A DNA stretch of 63,937 bases, filler included, from Octopus bimaculoides (GCF_001194135.2; 4 parts of 4 records of this genome joined end to end with filler, not necessarily neighbours in it); one strand, 5' to 3'; shown: positions 1-13,654, counted from the first letter of the whole stretch. Made by a program: numbers and translations. The notes: generated by a model not told the origin, from the sequence alone.

Positions 1-210
1 ATATATATATATATATATATATATACATACATATATATATATATATATATACATACATACATGTATATAATATATATATATGTATGTATATATGTGTATG
101 TGTATATATATACACGGCGAGCTGGCAGAAACGTTAGCGCGCCGGAGCAAGTGCTTAGCAGTATTTTGCACATTGCTATGTTCTGAGTTCAAATTGACTT
201 TGCCTTTATA

Positions 211-686
211 GGCACAGGAATGGCTGTGTGGTAAGTAGCTTGCTTACCAACCACATGGTTCCGGGTTCAGTCCCACTGCGTGGCACATTCGGCAAGTGTC
301 TTCTACTATTGTCTCGGGTTGACCAAAGCCTTGTAAGTGGATTTGGCAGATGGAAACTGAAAGAAGCCCGTCGTGTATATGTATATGTATATACATATAT
401 GTGTGTGTGTTTGTGTGTCCGTGTTTGTCTCCCCAACATCGCTTGACAACTGATGCTGGTGTATTTACGTCCCTGTAACTTAGCGGTTCGGCAAAAGAGA
501 CCGATAGAATAAGTACTAGGCTTACAAAGAATNNNNNNNNNNTAACTTAGCGGTTCGGCAAAAGAGACCGATAGAATAAGTACTAGGCTTACAAAGAATA
601 AGTCCTGGGGTCGATATGCTTGACTAAAGGCGGTGCTCCAGCATGGCCACAGTCAAATGACTGAAACAGGCAAAAAGAGCAAAAAG
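211..686 (+). mobile_element. tRNA-derived SINE, family B (most abundant family here), near full length
   Basis: Pol III-like head (TGGCTGTGTGGTAAG ... GGTTCAGTCCC), CCTTGGGCAAGT-like body, internal (TG)n, conserved 3' part ending GTCAAATGACTGAAAC + A-rich tail; about 20 further copies in the window. A 10-N gap at 533-542 duplicates ~58 nt. Confidence 0.85.
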
Positions 687-1045
687 GTATATATATAAAT
701 ACTGTCCTAGGTATGGCATTAAACTGCATTTAGTGGCAAGGCTCCAGTTTGAGGGATCTGGAGTTGTAGGGAGTGTGGAGTTACTCCTTAGTTACCATTA
801 CTTCTACATCTGTTCTAACATGGAACAGTAGTAGCTGTCAGGGTCCCAGCTACGGGTTAAATGAATTTTTGTAAGGGTAGGTTGAGCACCTTAATCTAGA
901 AGAAAAGCTCTAAAATTAATACCCTCTGCCATGGGCCTCCACATGAGCTGGCATGGAAAAGTCACTCTAACCCTTTTTGCCACAGTCATCCATCTTTTCA
1001 CAATTTCACTGGGATGTAGCTCTTCCCTGCCTGCACTCACTTTCC

Positions 1046-1079
<34 letters not shown>

Positions 1080-1442
1080 AATGTCTGCAAAAATTAGAAA
1101 TAGGGCACACAAAAAAATCAATATTCAAAGTAATTGAACATAAACAATGAAATGGGTTATTTCCCTTGAGTGTTTTAAAAGAATATTGTACAGATGCTGT
1201 GAGTTATCTACCTTGGGTGTTTAAAAAAAATTAGTTATATGAGGTAGATATAAAAGTCCCTTCCAGGGGCCGTATTATCGACTTTTTCAACAATCTAAGT
1301 ATGTCACGAGGTTTCCAGGCATGAGTTCTACTCATGTGTCAAGTTTCATCAAAATCAATAAAACGATGTACAACACCACAAACACACACCGATTTTCCAC
1401 ATATGTAGTAGATATATCTATATATATATATTCATATATATA

Positions 1443-1526
<84 letters not shown>

Positions 1527-1916
1527 ATGTGTGCTTGTTTGTGTATGTATGGATATGTATGTGTGTGTATGTGTGTCTCTGCAAGTATGCGTGTGCATTA
1601 ATTAATGGCCAAAGAACAAGTGTTATGCTATTAATAAGTTATGCTCTTTTGTTATTTATTAATAAAAATTTTACTTAGTACTTACGTTATGATTTATGTG
1701 ACAGTTCAGATGAGAGAATATCTTTAAGTTTATATTGCATCACAGAAGGAGATTATGAATAGCAGACGCCATAAGGATACTGAGTTCTAGCAATTTAAAA
1801 AGAAATTCTGCTATGGCAATCTGATCTGTGTGTATGTATACCTGTGTGTGTGTGTGTTTGTGCATCTGTGTGTGAGTGTGTGTGTGTGTGTGTGATATAT
1901 ATATATATATATGTGG

Positions 1917-2160
1917 GGGTGTGTGGTTTAGTGGTTAGGGTGTCAGCATCATGATCGTAAGACTTTGGTCTCAATTCCTGGACTTGGCGACATGTTGTGT
2001 TCTTGAGCAAAACACTTCATTTCACATTGCTCCAGTTCACTCAGCTGGCAAAAATGAGTAATGCTGCGATGGACTGGCATCCCATCCAGCTGGGAAACAC
2101 ACACGCCATTGAAACCGGGAAACCAGGCCCATGAGACTGGCTAGGCTTTAAAAGGGTGCA
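1917..2160 (+). mobile_element. tRNA-derived SINE, family C variant
   Basis: A-box-like TGGTTTAGTGG, then TTGAGCAAAACACTT...TGCTCCAGTTCACTCAGCTG...AAATGAGTA body shared with 2184-2492 and 42345-42657; different 3' tail. Confidence 0.7.
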
Positions 2161-2183
2161 TTTATATATATATGTATATATAA

Positions 2184-2492
2184 GGGGCATGGCTCAGTGG
2201 CTAGAGCATCGGGCTCAATTCCTGGACTAGGCTGTGTATTGGGTTCTTAAGCAAGACACTTTATTTCATGTTGCTCCAGTTCACTCAGCTGTAAAAATGA
2301 GTAGTGGCATCACTGGTACCAAGTTGTATCAGCCTTTGTCCTTCCCTTGAATAATGTCAACGGCATGGAGAGCGGGGGGCTGGTATGCATGGGTGACTGC
2401 TGGTCTTCCATACACAACCTCTGAGACTTGTGCCTCAGAGGGGAAATTTCTAAGTGCAATCAATCCCATGGTCATTCATGACCAAAGGGGGT
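2184..2492 (+). mobile_element. tRNA-derived SINE, family C
   Basis: Colinear with 42345-42657 from head (GGCATGGCTCAGTGG) to stem-loop tail (CCCATGGTCATTCATGACCAAAGGGG). Confidence 0.8.
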
Positions 2493-2527
2493 TTTTATAT
2501 ATAAATATAAATATATATGTGCATATA

Positions 2528-2568
<41 letters not shown>

Positions 2569-2574
2569 CTTGTA

Positions 2575-3012
2575 CGTTTTTCAGTCATTCAATGGCTGCT
2601 AAGTTGAGGCACCGTTTTGATAAGTTATAGTTGAATGAAACCACACCAGTATTTATATTTTAAAGCCTGGTACTTATTCTAATGGTCTCTTTTGCCAAAC
2701 CATGCAGTTACAGGATGTAAAGAAACCAACACTGGTTGTGAAGTATTGGTGTAAGCAAACAGGCTCAGCGACACACACAAATATAAACGTATATACACAC
2801 ATACGTATAAATATAAACACATACACACACACGCACACATATAAATATAAATGCACCCCCCCCCACATATATGTGACAGGATTCTTTTAGTTTCCTTCTA
2901 CCAAATCCACTTACAAGGCCTATAGAAGACATTTACCCAAGTTGTCACACAGTGGAATTGAACATGGAGCTATGTAGTTGGGAAGCAAACTTCTTACTAC
3001 ACAACCATGCCT
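2575..3012 (-). mobile_element. SINE family B, degenerate
   Basis: Reverse complement of the family B consensus with many CpG->TpG/CpA changes. Confidence 0.75.
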
Positions 3013-3021
3013 GCACCTATA

Positions 3022-3087
<66 letters not shown>

Positions 3088-3158
3088 NNNNNNNNNNNNN
3101 NNNNNNNNNNNNNNNNNNNNNNNNNNNNNNNNNNNNNNNNNNNNNNNNNNNNNNNNNN

Positions 3159-3213
<55 letters not shown>

Positions 3214-4132
3214 GGAGAGAGAAAGAGAGAGAGGGAGAGGGTATATGTGATTATCTCTGAATCTACATAAGAATTGTCACCTGATAATGTTTCAAGCATG
3301 AACCAATCAGAATTTAGTTAAGGATGTATGTACATATATACATACATACACACACACATACAACACACAGACACACACGCACACACATGCATGCACGCAC
3401 ACAGACACACACACACAAATAAAACCATTAGACTTTATGAGTTCAGACAACTAAAAGTATTCCATCAATGATTTATATTCAAATTACAGATGTATAGTCT
3501 TTGTGAAAAAGATTCAGTAAAAAAAAACCAAAACAAAACAAAACAAAAAACCTTCCAAAACAACAACAACAACAAACAAAAAACAAAAAAAAAAGAAAAA
3601 ACATATTTTACAATTAAAAATAGGTCTGCAGTTACNNNNNNNNNNNNNNNNNNNNNNNNNNNNNNNNNNNNNNNNNNNNNNNNNNNNNNNNNNNNNNNNN
3701 NNNNNNNNNNNNNNNNNNNNNNNNNNNNNNNNNNNNNNNNNNNNNNNNNNNNNNNNNNNNNNNNNNNNNNNNNNNNNNNNNNNNNNNNNNNNNNNNNNNN
3801 NNNNNNNNNNNNNNNNNNNNNNNNNNNNNNNNNNNNNNNNNNNNNNNNNNNNNNNNNNNNNNNNNNNNNNNNNNNNNNNNNNNNNNNNNNNNNNNNNNNN
3901 NNNNNNNNNNNNNNNNNNNNNNNNNNNNNNNNNNNNNNNNNNNNNNNNNNNNNNNNNNNNNNNNNNNNNNNNNNNNNNNNNNNNNNNNNNNNNNNNNNNN
4001 NNNNNNNNNNNNNNNNNNNNNNNAAATATCTATTTCTCTAATATTTTCTTTTCTTTTCTTTGTCTATATTATAATATAATTATCTATATTTACGACCTTC
4101 TTAATTCTTCACTGGCTTTTATCTCTTTACCG

Positions 4133-4185
<53 letters not shown>

Positions 4186-4395
4186 CGTGCACATATCAAC
4201 ATCATCATCATCATCATTTTCATCATCATTGTCGTTGTCAATGTTGTGATTTGAGCGTTCAATTACAACCCGTTACAATAGGATAAAAAGTGAAGTCAAC
4301 TCTGGTAGGATTTGAACTCAGGTCTCAAATAGACAAAAATACTACAAGGTATTCTGTCCAACTCACTAATGCCTCAGTCAATTCACCACTTACAT

Positions 4396-4783
4396 GTTGT
4401 TGTTGGCATTCCGTCGCTTACGACATCGAGGGTTCCAGTTGATCCGATCAACAGAACAGCCTGCTCAGGAGATTAACATGCAAGTGGCTGAGCACTCCAC
4501 AGACACGTGTACCCTTAACGTAGTTCTCGGGGATATTCAGTGTGACACAGTATGACAAGGCTGGCCCTTTGAATTACAGGTACAACAGATACAGGAAGTA
4601 AGAGTGAGAGAAAGTTGTGGTGAAAGAGTACAATAGGGTTTGCCACCATCCCCTGCTGGAGCCTTGTGGAGCTTTAGGTGTTTTCGCTCAATAAACACTC
4701 ACAACGCCCGATCTGGGAATCGAAACCGCAATCCTATGATCGCGAGTTCGCTGCCCTAACCACTGGGCCATTGTGCCTCCACC
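4396..4783 (-). mobile_element. tRNA(Arg-like)-derived SINE with (CAA)n tail, full length
   Basis: Minus-strand head GGAGGCACAATGGCCCAGTGGTTAGGGCAGCGAACTCGCG..GGTTTCGATTCCC; 12-bp TSD CACCACTTACAT at 4384-4395 and 4784-4795; near-identical to 6661-7052. Confidence 0.9.
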
Positions 4784-4806
4784 CACCACTTACATACATA
4801 CATACA

Positions 4807-5283
4807 CGAGTTCCAAGATGCAACTGAAGATGTAGATTACATCATATTTCTGTACAAGACATCACATATGTGATTAGCAGCTGCCCCAGAATGTCATCAA
4901 GATACTACTTCCCTATTCAACACAATGTTGTTGCAAAAATCAAAATATGATGCCATGCAGAAGAAAGACTGTCATAGAATGGATATATAGAATCTCCCTG
5001 TTGTAGAATATGTACACAAACATCAGAAGAAGGAATACTGATGGAACGTTCCCACCAAAACATCTGTCAAGTGTATCCAGCTTCTCTATCCAGATCATAG
5101 ATTTATATTGTTACCGATAATAATCGGTGGACTTGGTTTTGTTAGGAAAAGCCTAACTGACCAGTCTTGGTAAGCTTGGATTTTCAAGAAAAGAAATCAG
5201 CCAACTAACTCACACGTTACAAATACAATCAGTAAGTGGAACAGTAAAAATACGGAAAACTTTTCTCAAGTTTAAAATACTTA
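4807..5283 (+). mobile_element. 3' remnant of a restriction-like-endonuclease (REL) non-LTR retrotransposon, internally deleted
   Basis: Broken translation: TEDVDYII..SSCPRMSSRYYFPIQHNVVAK (end of the CCHC finger region), QLLYPDHRFILLPIIIGGLGFV, and C-terminal IQSVSGTVKIRKTFLKF, typical of the end of REL LINE ORFs; the catalytic PD..D segment is missing. Confidence 0.65.
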
Positions 5284-5429
5284 GCAATATTTTTGCCTTT
5301 CACCCTTTTGACGTCGATTAAATAAGTACCAGTTACGCACTGGGGTCGATATAATCGACTTAATCCGTTTGTCTGTCTTTGTTTGTCCCTTCTGTTTGTA
5401 GCCCCTAGTGGGCAGTAAAGAAATAAGAA

Positions 5430-5680
5430 ACACATCAGCACCAGTTGACAAGCAGTGATGGGATAAGAAGCACAGATACACACACACATGCATGCACACA
5501 TGCACACACACACACACGTGACAGGCTTCTTTCAGTTTCCATCTGCCAAATCTACTCACAAGGCTTTGGTTAGCCTGAGGTATAGCATAAGACACTTACA
5601 CAAGGTGCCACACAGTGGGACTGAACCCCAAACCATGTGGTTGGGAAGCAAGCTTCTTATCACACAGCCATACCTGCACT
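5430..5680 (-). mobile_element. SINE family B, 5' half
   Basis: Minus-strand head GTGCAGGTATGGCTGTGTGATAAG; the 3' part is replaced by a family A SINE fragment (5280-5430). Confidence 0.8.
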
Positions 5681-5683
5681 CAG

Positions 5684-5786
5684 AAAACATGAAATGCTTC
5701 ACAAATTTGTGTGTCATCCTTGTGCAGGGGCCATGCTAATCTTCTCTACCATTTGAGTTTTAGTATATCTACTGCTAAAACAGAAA
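5684..5786 (-). pseudogene. U6: U6 snRNA pseudogene, near full length
   Basis: Plus strand TGCTTCACAAATTTGTGTGTCATCCTTGTGCAGGGGCCATGCTAATCTTCTCT is the reverse complement of the U6 core with 4 differences in 53 nt, all CpG transitions. The ACAGAGA box is disrupted (GGT--AGAGAAG); ends in the U-tract at 5684-5687. Confidence 0.92.
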
Positions 5787-6092
5787 ATAAGTTCAAAACA
5801 CAACTTTTTTCTCCAGGCAAATTGATGATGATGATGATGATGGTAATTATAATAATAATAATGTGTTCCCTCTAATAAAAATATATCTGTCAAGGAATTT
5901 GACAAACTAAGTAAATATAAGTACTTGGAAATTGAAATACATAAGATCTAGAATCTTAAAGCAAGAACTGTTCCTGCTATGGTAGGTACCCTAGGTATCT
6001 CCTTTTTTTTTTAATTGTTTCAGTCATTTGACTGTGGCCATGCTGAGACAGAAACAGGTGTCTTACTGTAGAGGAGGTACAAGGTTACCCAG

Positions 6093-6177
<85 letters not shown>

Positions 6178-6660
6178 GAATATATATACGAAGATAGAGA
6201 CAGAGAAAGAGAGACGGGAAGGAGAGTGAGAATGAAAGCAAAGAATAATGAGTAAAAGGAACAACTCAGTTCGATGGCAAAAGACTGTCTTTAGAATTGG
6301 TAATCTTTTTGGCTTGTAAAAGTTTTTGCACTTGGTCGCCTAGCAACAGTTTATGGAACAGTCTAGTAGTTGTTTAATTACAGGTCAATCTTGAGAAAGC
6401 AGACATTTAATTGAAAACCCTTCCAGGTGTAACCATTCAGTTTGTTACAAGGTTATGTTGAATTACATCATTTAAAATGTCTTTTTTCCCTTGTTTAAGA
6501 ATGTAGGCAGTGATTTGAATGAGACTCAGCTGTAATAGCTGCTGTTGCTAGTATTTCAAGTGACCTATCTAATTAAAGGATTCTCTCGTTGGGGATGTGC
6601 TTTGCTCTGTGTGTGTATGTGTGTGTGTGTGTGTGTGTGTATGCAGAATAGATTTAAGAG

Positions 6661-7052
6661 TTGTTGTTGTTGTTGGCACTCCGTCGCTTACGACGTCGAG
6701 GGTTCCAGTTGATCCGATCAACGGAACAGCCTGCTCATGAAATTAACGTGCAAGTGGCTGAGCACTCCACAGACACGTGTACCCTTAACGTAGTTCTCGG
6801 GGATATTCAGCATGACACAGTGTGACAAGGCTGACCCTTTGAATTACAGGCACAACAGATACAGGAAGTAAGAGTGAGAGAAAGTTGTGGTGAAAGAGTA
6901 CAGCAGGGTTTGCCACCATCCCCTGCCGTAGTCTCGTGGAGCTTTAGGTGTTTTCGCTCAATAAACACTCACAACGCCCGGTCTGGGAATCGAAACCGCA
7001 ATCCTATGACCGCGAGTTCGCTGCCCTAACCACTGGGCCATTGCGCCTCCAA
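6661..7052 (-). mobile_element. tRNA(Arg-like)-derived SINE with (CAA)n tail, full length, young
   Basis: Intact A/B boxes, CpGs retained, TSD AGATTTAAGAG at 6650-6660 and 7053-7063; tail stem-loop GTTCC-AGTTGATCCGATCAAC-GGAAC. Confidence 0.9.
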
Positions 7053-7669
7053 AGATTTAAGAGTATGCCAGATAGAAAAATGTGAACAAAATTCCTTGTA
7101 GTAGTGGCAGTGATGGTGGTTATAGTAGTAGCAGCATTACTAGTAGCATTAATAGCAGTAGCAAAAGCAACTGTGGTAGTAGTATAGCTATTGACAAATA
7201 CAATGTCATGCTCTGCGTGAGCCAGTAAGTGAATAATGACATTAAAAACATCAATGTAATACATATTATGGTAATTCCAATGACCAAAGAACAACCCAAA
7301 GGAATTATTTTAAAGCGTTTTAAAGTTCTAATACCACTCTTTAGGCGATGCCACTATTTATTGGAGGGAGAGGTTTTAGACTCGAGGACAAACCATTAGT
7401 GTTTGTTTGCATTAATATTTGGATAAAAAAAAAAAAAAATTGTAGTCAGACTGAATTTGTTCCATTAAATCTAATTAATTTAATGATTATTGATTTCTAC
7501 CAAAAGTACAGGTCTGCATATTTGGGAGTTTATTAGAGAATAGTTGATTATAACGACTCCAGTGTTTGACCTGTACTTTATTTTATTGACCCTCAGAAGT
7601 ATAAAAGGAGAAGTTGTACTCAACAGGATTTGAATTTTACAATATAAAGGATAGTAATGAAATGCTAAT

Positions 7670-8072
7670 CTCTTATCTTTTTTTTTACTTGTTTCAGTCA
7701 TTTGACTGCGGCCATGCTGGGGCACTGCATTCAGTTGAACAAATTGACCCCAGGACCTATTTTTTTAAAGCCTGGTACTTATTCTCTCAGTCTCTTTTGC
7801 TGAACTGATAAGTTATGGGGATGTAAACATACCAACACTGGTTGTCAAGTGGTGGTTGTTGTACAATCACAGACACACACACACACACACACATGCACAC
7901 ACACACACACACACACGATGAGATTTCAGTTTACACCCACCAAATCCACTCACAAGGCTTTGCTCAGCCTGAGGTTGTAGTAGAAGACACTTGTCCAAGG
8001 TGCCATGCAGTGGGACTGAACCTGGAACCATGGGGTTGGGAAGCAAGCTTCTTACTATACAGCCACGCCTGT
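7670..8072 (-). mobile_element. SINE family B
   Basis: Colinear with the family B consensus, reverse orientation. Confidence 0.8.
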
Positions 8073-8495
8073 GCTCAAACAATTTTGTTTTTTGTGTACG
8101 GAAGAGGACAGCTGCTTGAAGAAGTGTTGATCACTAATTGTGGAGGGTACCTGTGAAAGGGGTTGACGAAATAGTGAGAAAGGAATTTCAGGTGCTGGGC
8201 CTCACTGAGGAAATGACAAGGGGCTGGAAGTTGTGGTGATTTACTGTACTTGAGAAGATTTTACTTGTTGAGCCAAGTAAAATCACAGTCATCCATACAT
8301 ACAGGTATGTCCTTTTACAGGGGCCAGTGTCATGTAAAATGCACCCAGCACACTCTGTAAAGTGGGATGGTGTTAAGAAGGGGACCCAGCTGTAGGAACC
8401 ATGCCAAAACAGGCAATTGGATGATTGGATTCTAGCCAGCTCTATGTCATACTATCCAACCCTTGCCAGCATGGAAAACAGATAGTAAATGATGA

Positions 8496-8527
<32 letters not shown>

Positions 8528-8821
8528 ATGATGATGATGATGATAATGATGATTCAATTTTTGTATCTGGTTTGCCAGATACAACTCATACGAGTTGAAA
8601 CAGATTTTGTTGTATCTCTGGAGGGTCATTATGTTAATAATAAACATTGGTTCTACTTTACTTCAGACAGACCTGAAACAAACTTTGGGTAGAGAGGGCA
8701 TGTCATTGATGAGGTCACAAATGGAAATAAGAGAACTTTCAAAAACCTAGCTGATTGATTGCTTGACTGAATAATAAATCAAACAGTTGATTAGTTAATT
8801 GGTTAAAAAGTCAACTTATTG

Positions 8822-9050
8822 ATTAATAATAATCCTTTCTAATAAAGGCACAAGGCCTGAAATTTGGTGGGAAAGGGACTAGTTGACTACATTGACTCTA
8901 GTGTTTCACTGGTACTTAATTTATCAACCCCCAAAAGGATGAAAGGCAAAGTCGACCTTAGCAGAATTTGAACTCAGAATGTAGTGACAAGCAAAACACT
9001 GCTAAGCATTTTGTCCAGCATGCTAACGATTCTGCCAGCTCGCCGCCTTC
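8822..9050 (-). mobile_element. tRNA-derived SINE, family A (central domain resembles the Meta/MESC-type domain)
   Basis: Head GGCGGCGAGCTGGCAGAA..GAGTTCAAATT, body GTCGACTTTGCCTTTCATCCTTTT.GGGGTTGATAAATTAAGTACCAG, (ATT)n tail; about 15 further copies (e.g. 116-205, 17822-18045, 22435-22645, 48020-48360, 49283-49460, 59985-60180). The domain name is from memory. Confidence 0.8.
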
Positions 9051-9728
9051 TATTGATTAATAATAATAAAACAAGTAATAAAGAATCAGACTGCATGTTT
9101 ATTATTGGCATAATAAAAATACAACATTTTTTTTTATATGTTTAGAATTTATTTTGTAGTCTTGTTGAAGAAATTGGCAAATATATTACGCCCAAATAGT
9201 GAGAGGGATGTGACGAGAAAGGCATTCTACCTTGCTGGGTTTATTCCTAGGGATTCCTATGGAATCAGATTGAATAGGGAGGTGGTTTGGGGATCCACAA
9301 TACTTAATGTCTCCACTGCTATACGTTTGAAAAGAAATCTATCAGAAAGCAGTTGATACTTTGTCAATTTGTGATTCGAGGCTTGTTAAATGACTATATT
9401 TCCAGCTTGCAACTGAAGTAAGTATTACAGCAGATCACCTCTAAAATTTGAGATTTGTTACCTGAAATGGGAAGATCACGATGTAGTGGGGAAACTGGCT
9501 GCATCCTAACCACATCTAATGATATCATTAAGCGCTACATGCTGAAGGAAGGAACATGGCCTGAGGTAGCATGACAATGGCTAAAGTCCCAAAACTTCTA
9601 CTCTAAGCATTTTGTTTGATGTCTGGCACAGATGTGGCAGCGTGGCTGAAAAGTTGCTTTCAAGACTTAATTCTGCTGTGTGGCACCTTGAACTATAATC
9701 TACTATAATTCAGGGCTGACCAAAGAAT

Positions 9729-9763
<35 letters not shown>

Positions 9764-10699
9764 GGATGGATGGATGGATGGATCGATAGATGGATGGATA
9801 CATACATACCTACCTACATACATACACACACATACATACACAGACATACATATATGTAAAAAATTCCACCTGATCCATGCAAGCATGGAAAAGTGGATGT
9901 TGAACTGATGACAACAATGACGATGATGAATATTTATTTTTAAAATGTACATATTTTGACATTTGTATTTATCTAAAATTGATTAAGAGTTAAAAAAAAA
10001 GCGCTTGAAAGTCACCTGCAATACTGTAATTCAATCCCCTTACATTTTAGGAAACATTATCTTAATTAGAAGTTTAGATTAAATTTGATCGATTCTCTTG
10101 CAATAATGTCAATGTTTAAAAATTGAAAGGCTAAGACATGTTGCCACGTAAAAAACCATGGATATTTAATGAAATTGTCATTTCACAAGTGAAAAAAATT
10201 AGACAATCTTTAGGTCAAACGTTAATATGTCTGAAAGTGAAGGATCTTCTGTAAAATGTTAGACTTCTCTTCTTCCTCACAGTGAAATAGATTGTTCTGT
10301 TTTATCATTTTATCTTATCTTTTACTTGTTTCAATCATTTGACTGTGGCCATGTTGGAGCATCGCCTTGACTTTTTAGTTGAACAAATTGACTCCAGTAC
10401 TTTTTTTTTTGTTTTAATTCCTGGTGCTTATTCAGTCTCTTTTGCTATCAATCTCTTTTACCAAGTTGCTCAGCTATGGGGACGTAAATAAACCAGTTGT
10501 TGCACACATACACACACACACAAGCACACACACACACAAAAGCTAAGGGGTGCCTCCATTACAGTGGTCTTCTATCATGTCAGATGCTAACCCAGAATTT
10601 CTGAGGCCCCTCCTATTCCTAGACAGCCATTGAACCTATACTAAGTTCATCTGTCCTTTTGACACGTCTTGCTTTTAGTACTGCTGAGTTTTTCACCTG

Positions 10700-11135
10700 G
10701 CAGACCTAGTTGGGATACCTGTTTACTCACCAATGACCCAATCAAGCAACAGGTATCATTATCAGATGGTTTAACTGGAACTGGTAAGCTAGAGAGTCAC
10801 ACCAGGTTCCAGTCTGATTTGGCATGGCTTCTACTGCTGGATGCCCTTTCTAATGCCAACCACATCAAGTGTGTAATGGGTGCTTTTTACATGCCACCAG
10901 CATGGGTGCTTTTATGTACCACTGGCACGGGTGCCAGTTATGTGACACCAACATCAGCCATGACTACGACTTCATTCCGCTTGACAAGTCTTCTCAAGCA
11001 CAGCATATTACCAGAGGTCTCAGTCACTTGTTGTTACCTCCATGAGGTCCAACGTCTGAAAATCATGCTTCCCCACCTCATCTCACGTCTGTCTTGGTCT
11101 ACCTTTCCACAAGTTCCCTCCACAGTTAGAAATTG
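10700..11135 (-). mobile_element. Retroposon family D (GGAAGGGCATCCAG core, (GAT)n tail)
   Basis: Shares GGATGCCCTT.CTAATGCCAACCAC with 8330-8500, 16560-16760, 39880-40195 and 58160-58950; 3' end CCATGCCAGCATGGAAAA..GGACGTTAAATGATGATG in plus-oriented copies. Confidence 0.65.
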
Positions 11136-12463
11136 TCACTTCTTTACACAGCTGTCCTTGTCCACACACGCGTGTGTGTGTGTAGTTTTTGTCTTGACAT
11201 CACGTGATTGCAAATGAGTATGTCATTCATTTCCAGTCTTGGAAACAGGTGAAGTTTGGTGGCATAAAGGAAATCTGGTCATAAGAAATCTTCCTCAGCA
11301 AATTCTATCTGATCCATGCGAGCTTAGAAAAGTGGATGTTAAATGATTTTGATGGTATAGAGTCTGCTAGTATCTGATATGTGGAAGGTTGTTTATTAAT
11401 TATCAGTGATAGAAATTTCACTATTGAATAGCATTTATTTGTTAAAAGTTTTCAAATTATAGTTTTAATGATAATTGAACTTTCCTAAAAAAACATTTCA
11501 GAATCAATAGAACTGATATAGTAATTATTATCCATCTATTGATGATAACTTTGCTATTCAAAACGTTTAGAACTCACTTTCAGAGTCTTATTTTATTTGA
11601 TTTTATTAAATCTTATCAAATTTTATACCCCCTGTCTTAAGAGTTTGTTGAGCTTTCTGGCTATTGAGAAGTGCATTCTTAAACTACTTTTTCTCTTGTG
11701 ACAATTAAATCAACTCCATAATAAAACTGTTATTGAAATGTAGTCTTTTAAATGTTGATTTGAAAATTAAAAATTCTGCTTAGTAATGCAATAAAGAAAC
11801 AAAATTTTAAAATAACCAAAAAAGAAAATGAGGAATGTATTAATTAAAATTCCTGAAAAACCAAATGAACTTATAAAAAAGAAAAAAAATTAGCTGTTTG
11901 AAATTATCTTTTTAACAATATTATTTCAAGAGTTTCATACAAATTTTTAGTGCACTACCAGGTGAGCTTCTGTGTTTCTGAGCTGTGTGCAATATTGTCT
12001 TTCGGGGATATCAGAATTGTGTTTATTTCCGACTTCAGTTTTGTTTTGATATGTCGTTTGTGTTATGCTGTTTCTGGTGTTGTTTTAGTGTTTCGTCAAC
12101 TGTGGAATGTATGTTCAGGCTCAAAGACTGTGTTGAGGTAGTAAGTACCCCACCCCATCAAGTGACATGCAACATATACTGCCTCTCCTCTGGTCAGCTC
12201 ACTGGTCCCCACAATCCTAGATAGTTCTTCATGTTCAGAGAAGGACTTAAACCTCTACTTTTTATCTCAGGTTTTCACATCCTGTGTTCAAATCCTGCTA
12301 AAGTGAGCTTTGCTTTTCATCCTTTTAGTACCAATGAAATATAGTACCAGTCAAGTGCAGGGGGTGATGATATCAATTAACTCCCTTCACTATTCCAAAC
12401 TTCTAGCTTTGGGTTTAAATTAGGAACAATAAATACTAGGCTTAAAAAGGGCTTATGAAACAA

Positions 12464-12700
12464 GGCAGCGAGCTGGCAGAAGCATTAGCACGCCGGGCAA
12501 AATGCTTAGCGTTATTTCATCTCCTGTTATGTTCTGAGTTCAAACTCTGCCGAGGTCGACTTTACCTTTCATCTTTTTGGGGTTGATAAATTAACTACCA
12601 GTTATGCACGGGGGTCGATGTAATCGACTTAATCCCTTTGTCTGTCCTTGTTTGTCCCCTCTATCTTTAGCCCCTTGTGGGCAATAAAGAAATAAGAAAC
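12464..12700 (+). mobile_element. SINE family A, full length
   Basis: Complete head-body-tail; GAAACAAG occurs at both flanks (possible TSD). Confidence 0.85.
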
Positions 12701-13654
12701 AAGTACTTATTGATCAACTGATCAGTGGGGACGATGTAATTGGCATCCTCCTCCCCTAAATTTTGCTGGCCTTGTGCAAAAAAAAATTAGGAAAGAATAT
12801 TATTATTATTATTATTATTATGAACAGCACTACATATCAGAAATTCGTTGCAGTTTCCAAACAGACACAAATATCATTTTTCCAAACATGGAAACTGTTT
12901 CCATGTACTCCTCACTTCACCATTAATAAACTTTGATAGCATCACTTTGGGACCGAAAATAATTACAATAAATGAAAATGAAACATGACAGCTGTGAGGC
13001 AAAGGTGTTCAACTCAGAACTCAGAGATCATGAGTTCAGATTCTATGAAATGTGTTACCATCACTCCTTGAATTACTTCATTTGTTCCACTCAGTTCTTA
13101 AATAATTTTTGGCATTTGGTGCTAAGAAGAAGTGTATCTGCCTGGAACAAAATTACCTTGAAAAATTTATGCAAATGCTAGCATATTTCAATTAACTTAA
13201 TTGAAGTCAGCTAGAAAACTGAGTGAAAAGAAAGATATGAAATTGTATTTAATTAAATGCAATTTAATTGAATTCAACTGCGTTTAATTAAAGGGCATGA
13301 TTTAATTCTGTTGTGTTTGAGAAGATTTAATTTAAAAAAAAAAAAAAATGTGCCAGGGCTTCCTGACATCTTTTATCATATACAAACATCAATTTTTTGT
13401 TTCTTCTGTAACCCTTGACATCTTCAATGAAAGCACATGGGATTTTCAAAGTCTTGGACAATGAATGGGATAAGCTGATGAGGGAGGCTGTATGGGGTTA
13501 TTCAACCTGTTAAAAATAGGGCTGCTTTAGATCAGTGGTTCTCAACCGCAGTCCTTATAGTCCTTGGTTGGGGTGGGGGTGGGGGGTCGGAATCATCCAT
13601 GTAAAATATTAAAATTTATATGCAATAAATTGCTTTTACTTTGTTCTTTTATTC

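Noticed and set aside
9401-9425. Possible 12-nt microexon (TTTCCAG|CTTGCAACTGAA|GTAAGT)
   Set aside because: Such site pairs arise by chance in 64 kb and there are no identifiable neighbouring exons; needs RNA-seq.
12886-12906. Short perfect palindromes (ACATGGAAAC-T-GTTTCCATGT; also TTTCATCTC-TG-GAGATGAAA at 55528-55547)
   Set aside because: 9-10 bp arms are near chance expectation in AT-rich DNA of this length and have no supporting context.
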